Assembly: GCA_002633005.1 (NCBI GenBank)
Contig: NMRA01000014.1
Span: 1,212,838 to 1,276,837, forward strand
DNA: 64,000 nt
Origin: Phoronis australis
Taxonomy: Eukaryota; Animalia; Phoronida
Direction of reading: 5' to 3'
Notes under the pieces: model-generated
What the model saw: the letters and a program-made list of their open reading frames with translations, nothing else
Database searches by the model: none
What the model was told of the DNA's origin: nothing
In this document: positions 63,186-64,000 of the stretch, piece after piece
How the letters are laid out: each line of letters begins with the position of its first letter
How positions within the stretch are numbered: position 1 is the stretch's first letter
Program-made: the position numbers and the translations under genes

Positions 63186-64000
63186 TTTTTTACTAAATAT
63201 CCGGAGTAGGGCCAAACCGTTTCACAGCTTTTTCGGTTTCCATTCATATAGTTTTCTTTTTTGGGAAAAGCTGGACAAATATAGGTATCCAGAAAAGCAA
63301 TCAGTATATAACATGTCTTGAAACCAAGAATCAGTTCAAAGCATTGTGTGAAATGAGGTGAGACTGCGAAATAAGTGGAGAATTACTAAATTTAGAAGGA
63401 CGGTCATTAGTCAGTAGTATTTTGGATTTTTTGATGAATCACAGGGAAGCTAAGAAAATTGCTAATCTGGCTATGACATCTGCAGCTACTCACCATTGAA
63501 GAAAAATAAGTATGAAGAAGCTTTAAATAATAACAGTAACGCGCAGCGTAAAAATTGCCAGTTGCCGATTTGCGTGACTGAATGAAGGACTGTTCAAAAA
63601 GATTGATTACGCACTGGCTAAAGTATGAAGGTCACATTCTTGTAAATACCTTTTGCGTATAGAGGGACACCTTAGGAGGTTGGCGGTGTGTATAATTCCT
63701 TCCAACTTGAACAAATACTTCCGTTATCGAACTTTTTGTTCGAGCAGTCACTCGTTCATTTCCCAAAATCGTGAACTCACCATTTTTATACTGCGCACGC
63801 TCCAACTTTTACCGTGCTCGCTAGGTGATGTGACTTCATGACCTCAATCTTTAAATAGGCCAAAGGTGAGCCATTGCGGTCTTGTCAGTCAAATGTTCGT
63901 TTCCAAAATGCCACCACTTATACTTGTCTTTAATTGGCGTTACTTGAAACTGATTGTATTTCAATGAATTATTGTTTGTATTTGATAAAAATAAATGCTG

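Overview
AT-rich, intron-rich eukaryotic DNA, most likely from a marine invertebrate (lophotrochozoan-like; this is inferred from the repeat types and gene structure). Five protein-coding genes can be rebuilt by hand from GT-AG exons in alternating orientation. They are TM9SF1 (-, 3' end runs out of the window), MTMR9 pseudophosphatase (+, complete), KLHDC9-like kelch protein (-, CDS without introns), a ZNF800-like zinc-finger protein (+) and a SERINC1/3-type serine incorporator (-, first exon uncertain). Introns hold two near-identical Helentron/HINE-type elements, several MITE families, tRNA-derived SINE heads and minisatellites. There is a 142-N gap, and a 737-bp duplication across a single N that is probably an assembly artefact. 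Two patterns stand out. (1) About a dozen tandem repeats sit exactly on splice junctions in 4 of the 5 genes, making arrays of intact decoy donors or acceptors. (2) The HINE internal satellite carries a CTCF-consensus motif every ~150 bp, and its two copies face each other across the TM9SF1/MTMR9 divergent promoter.
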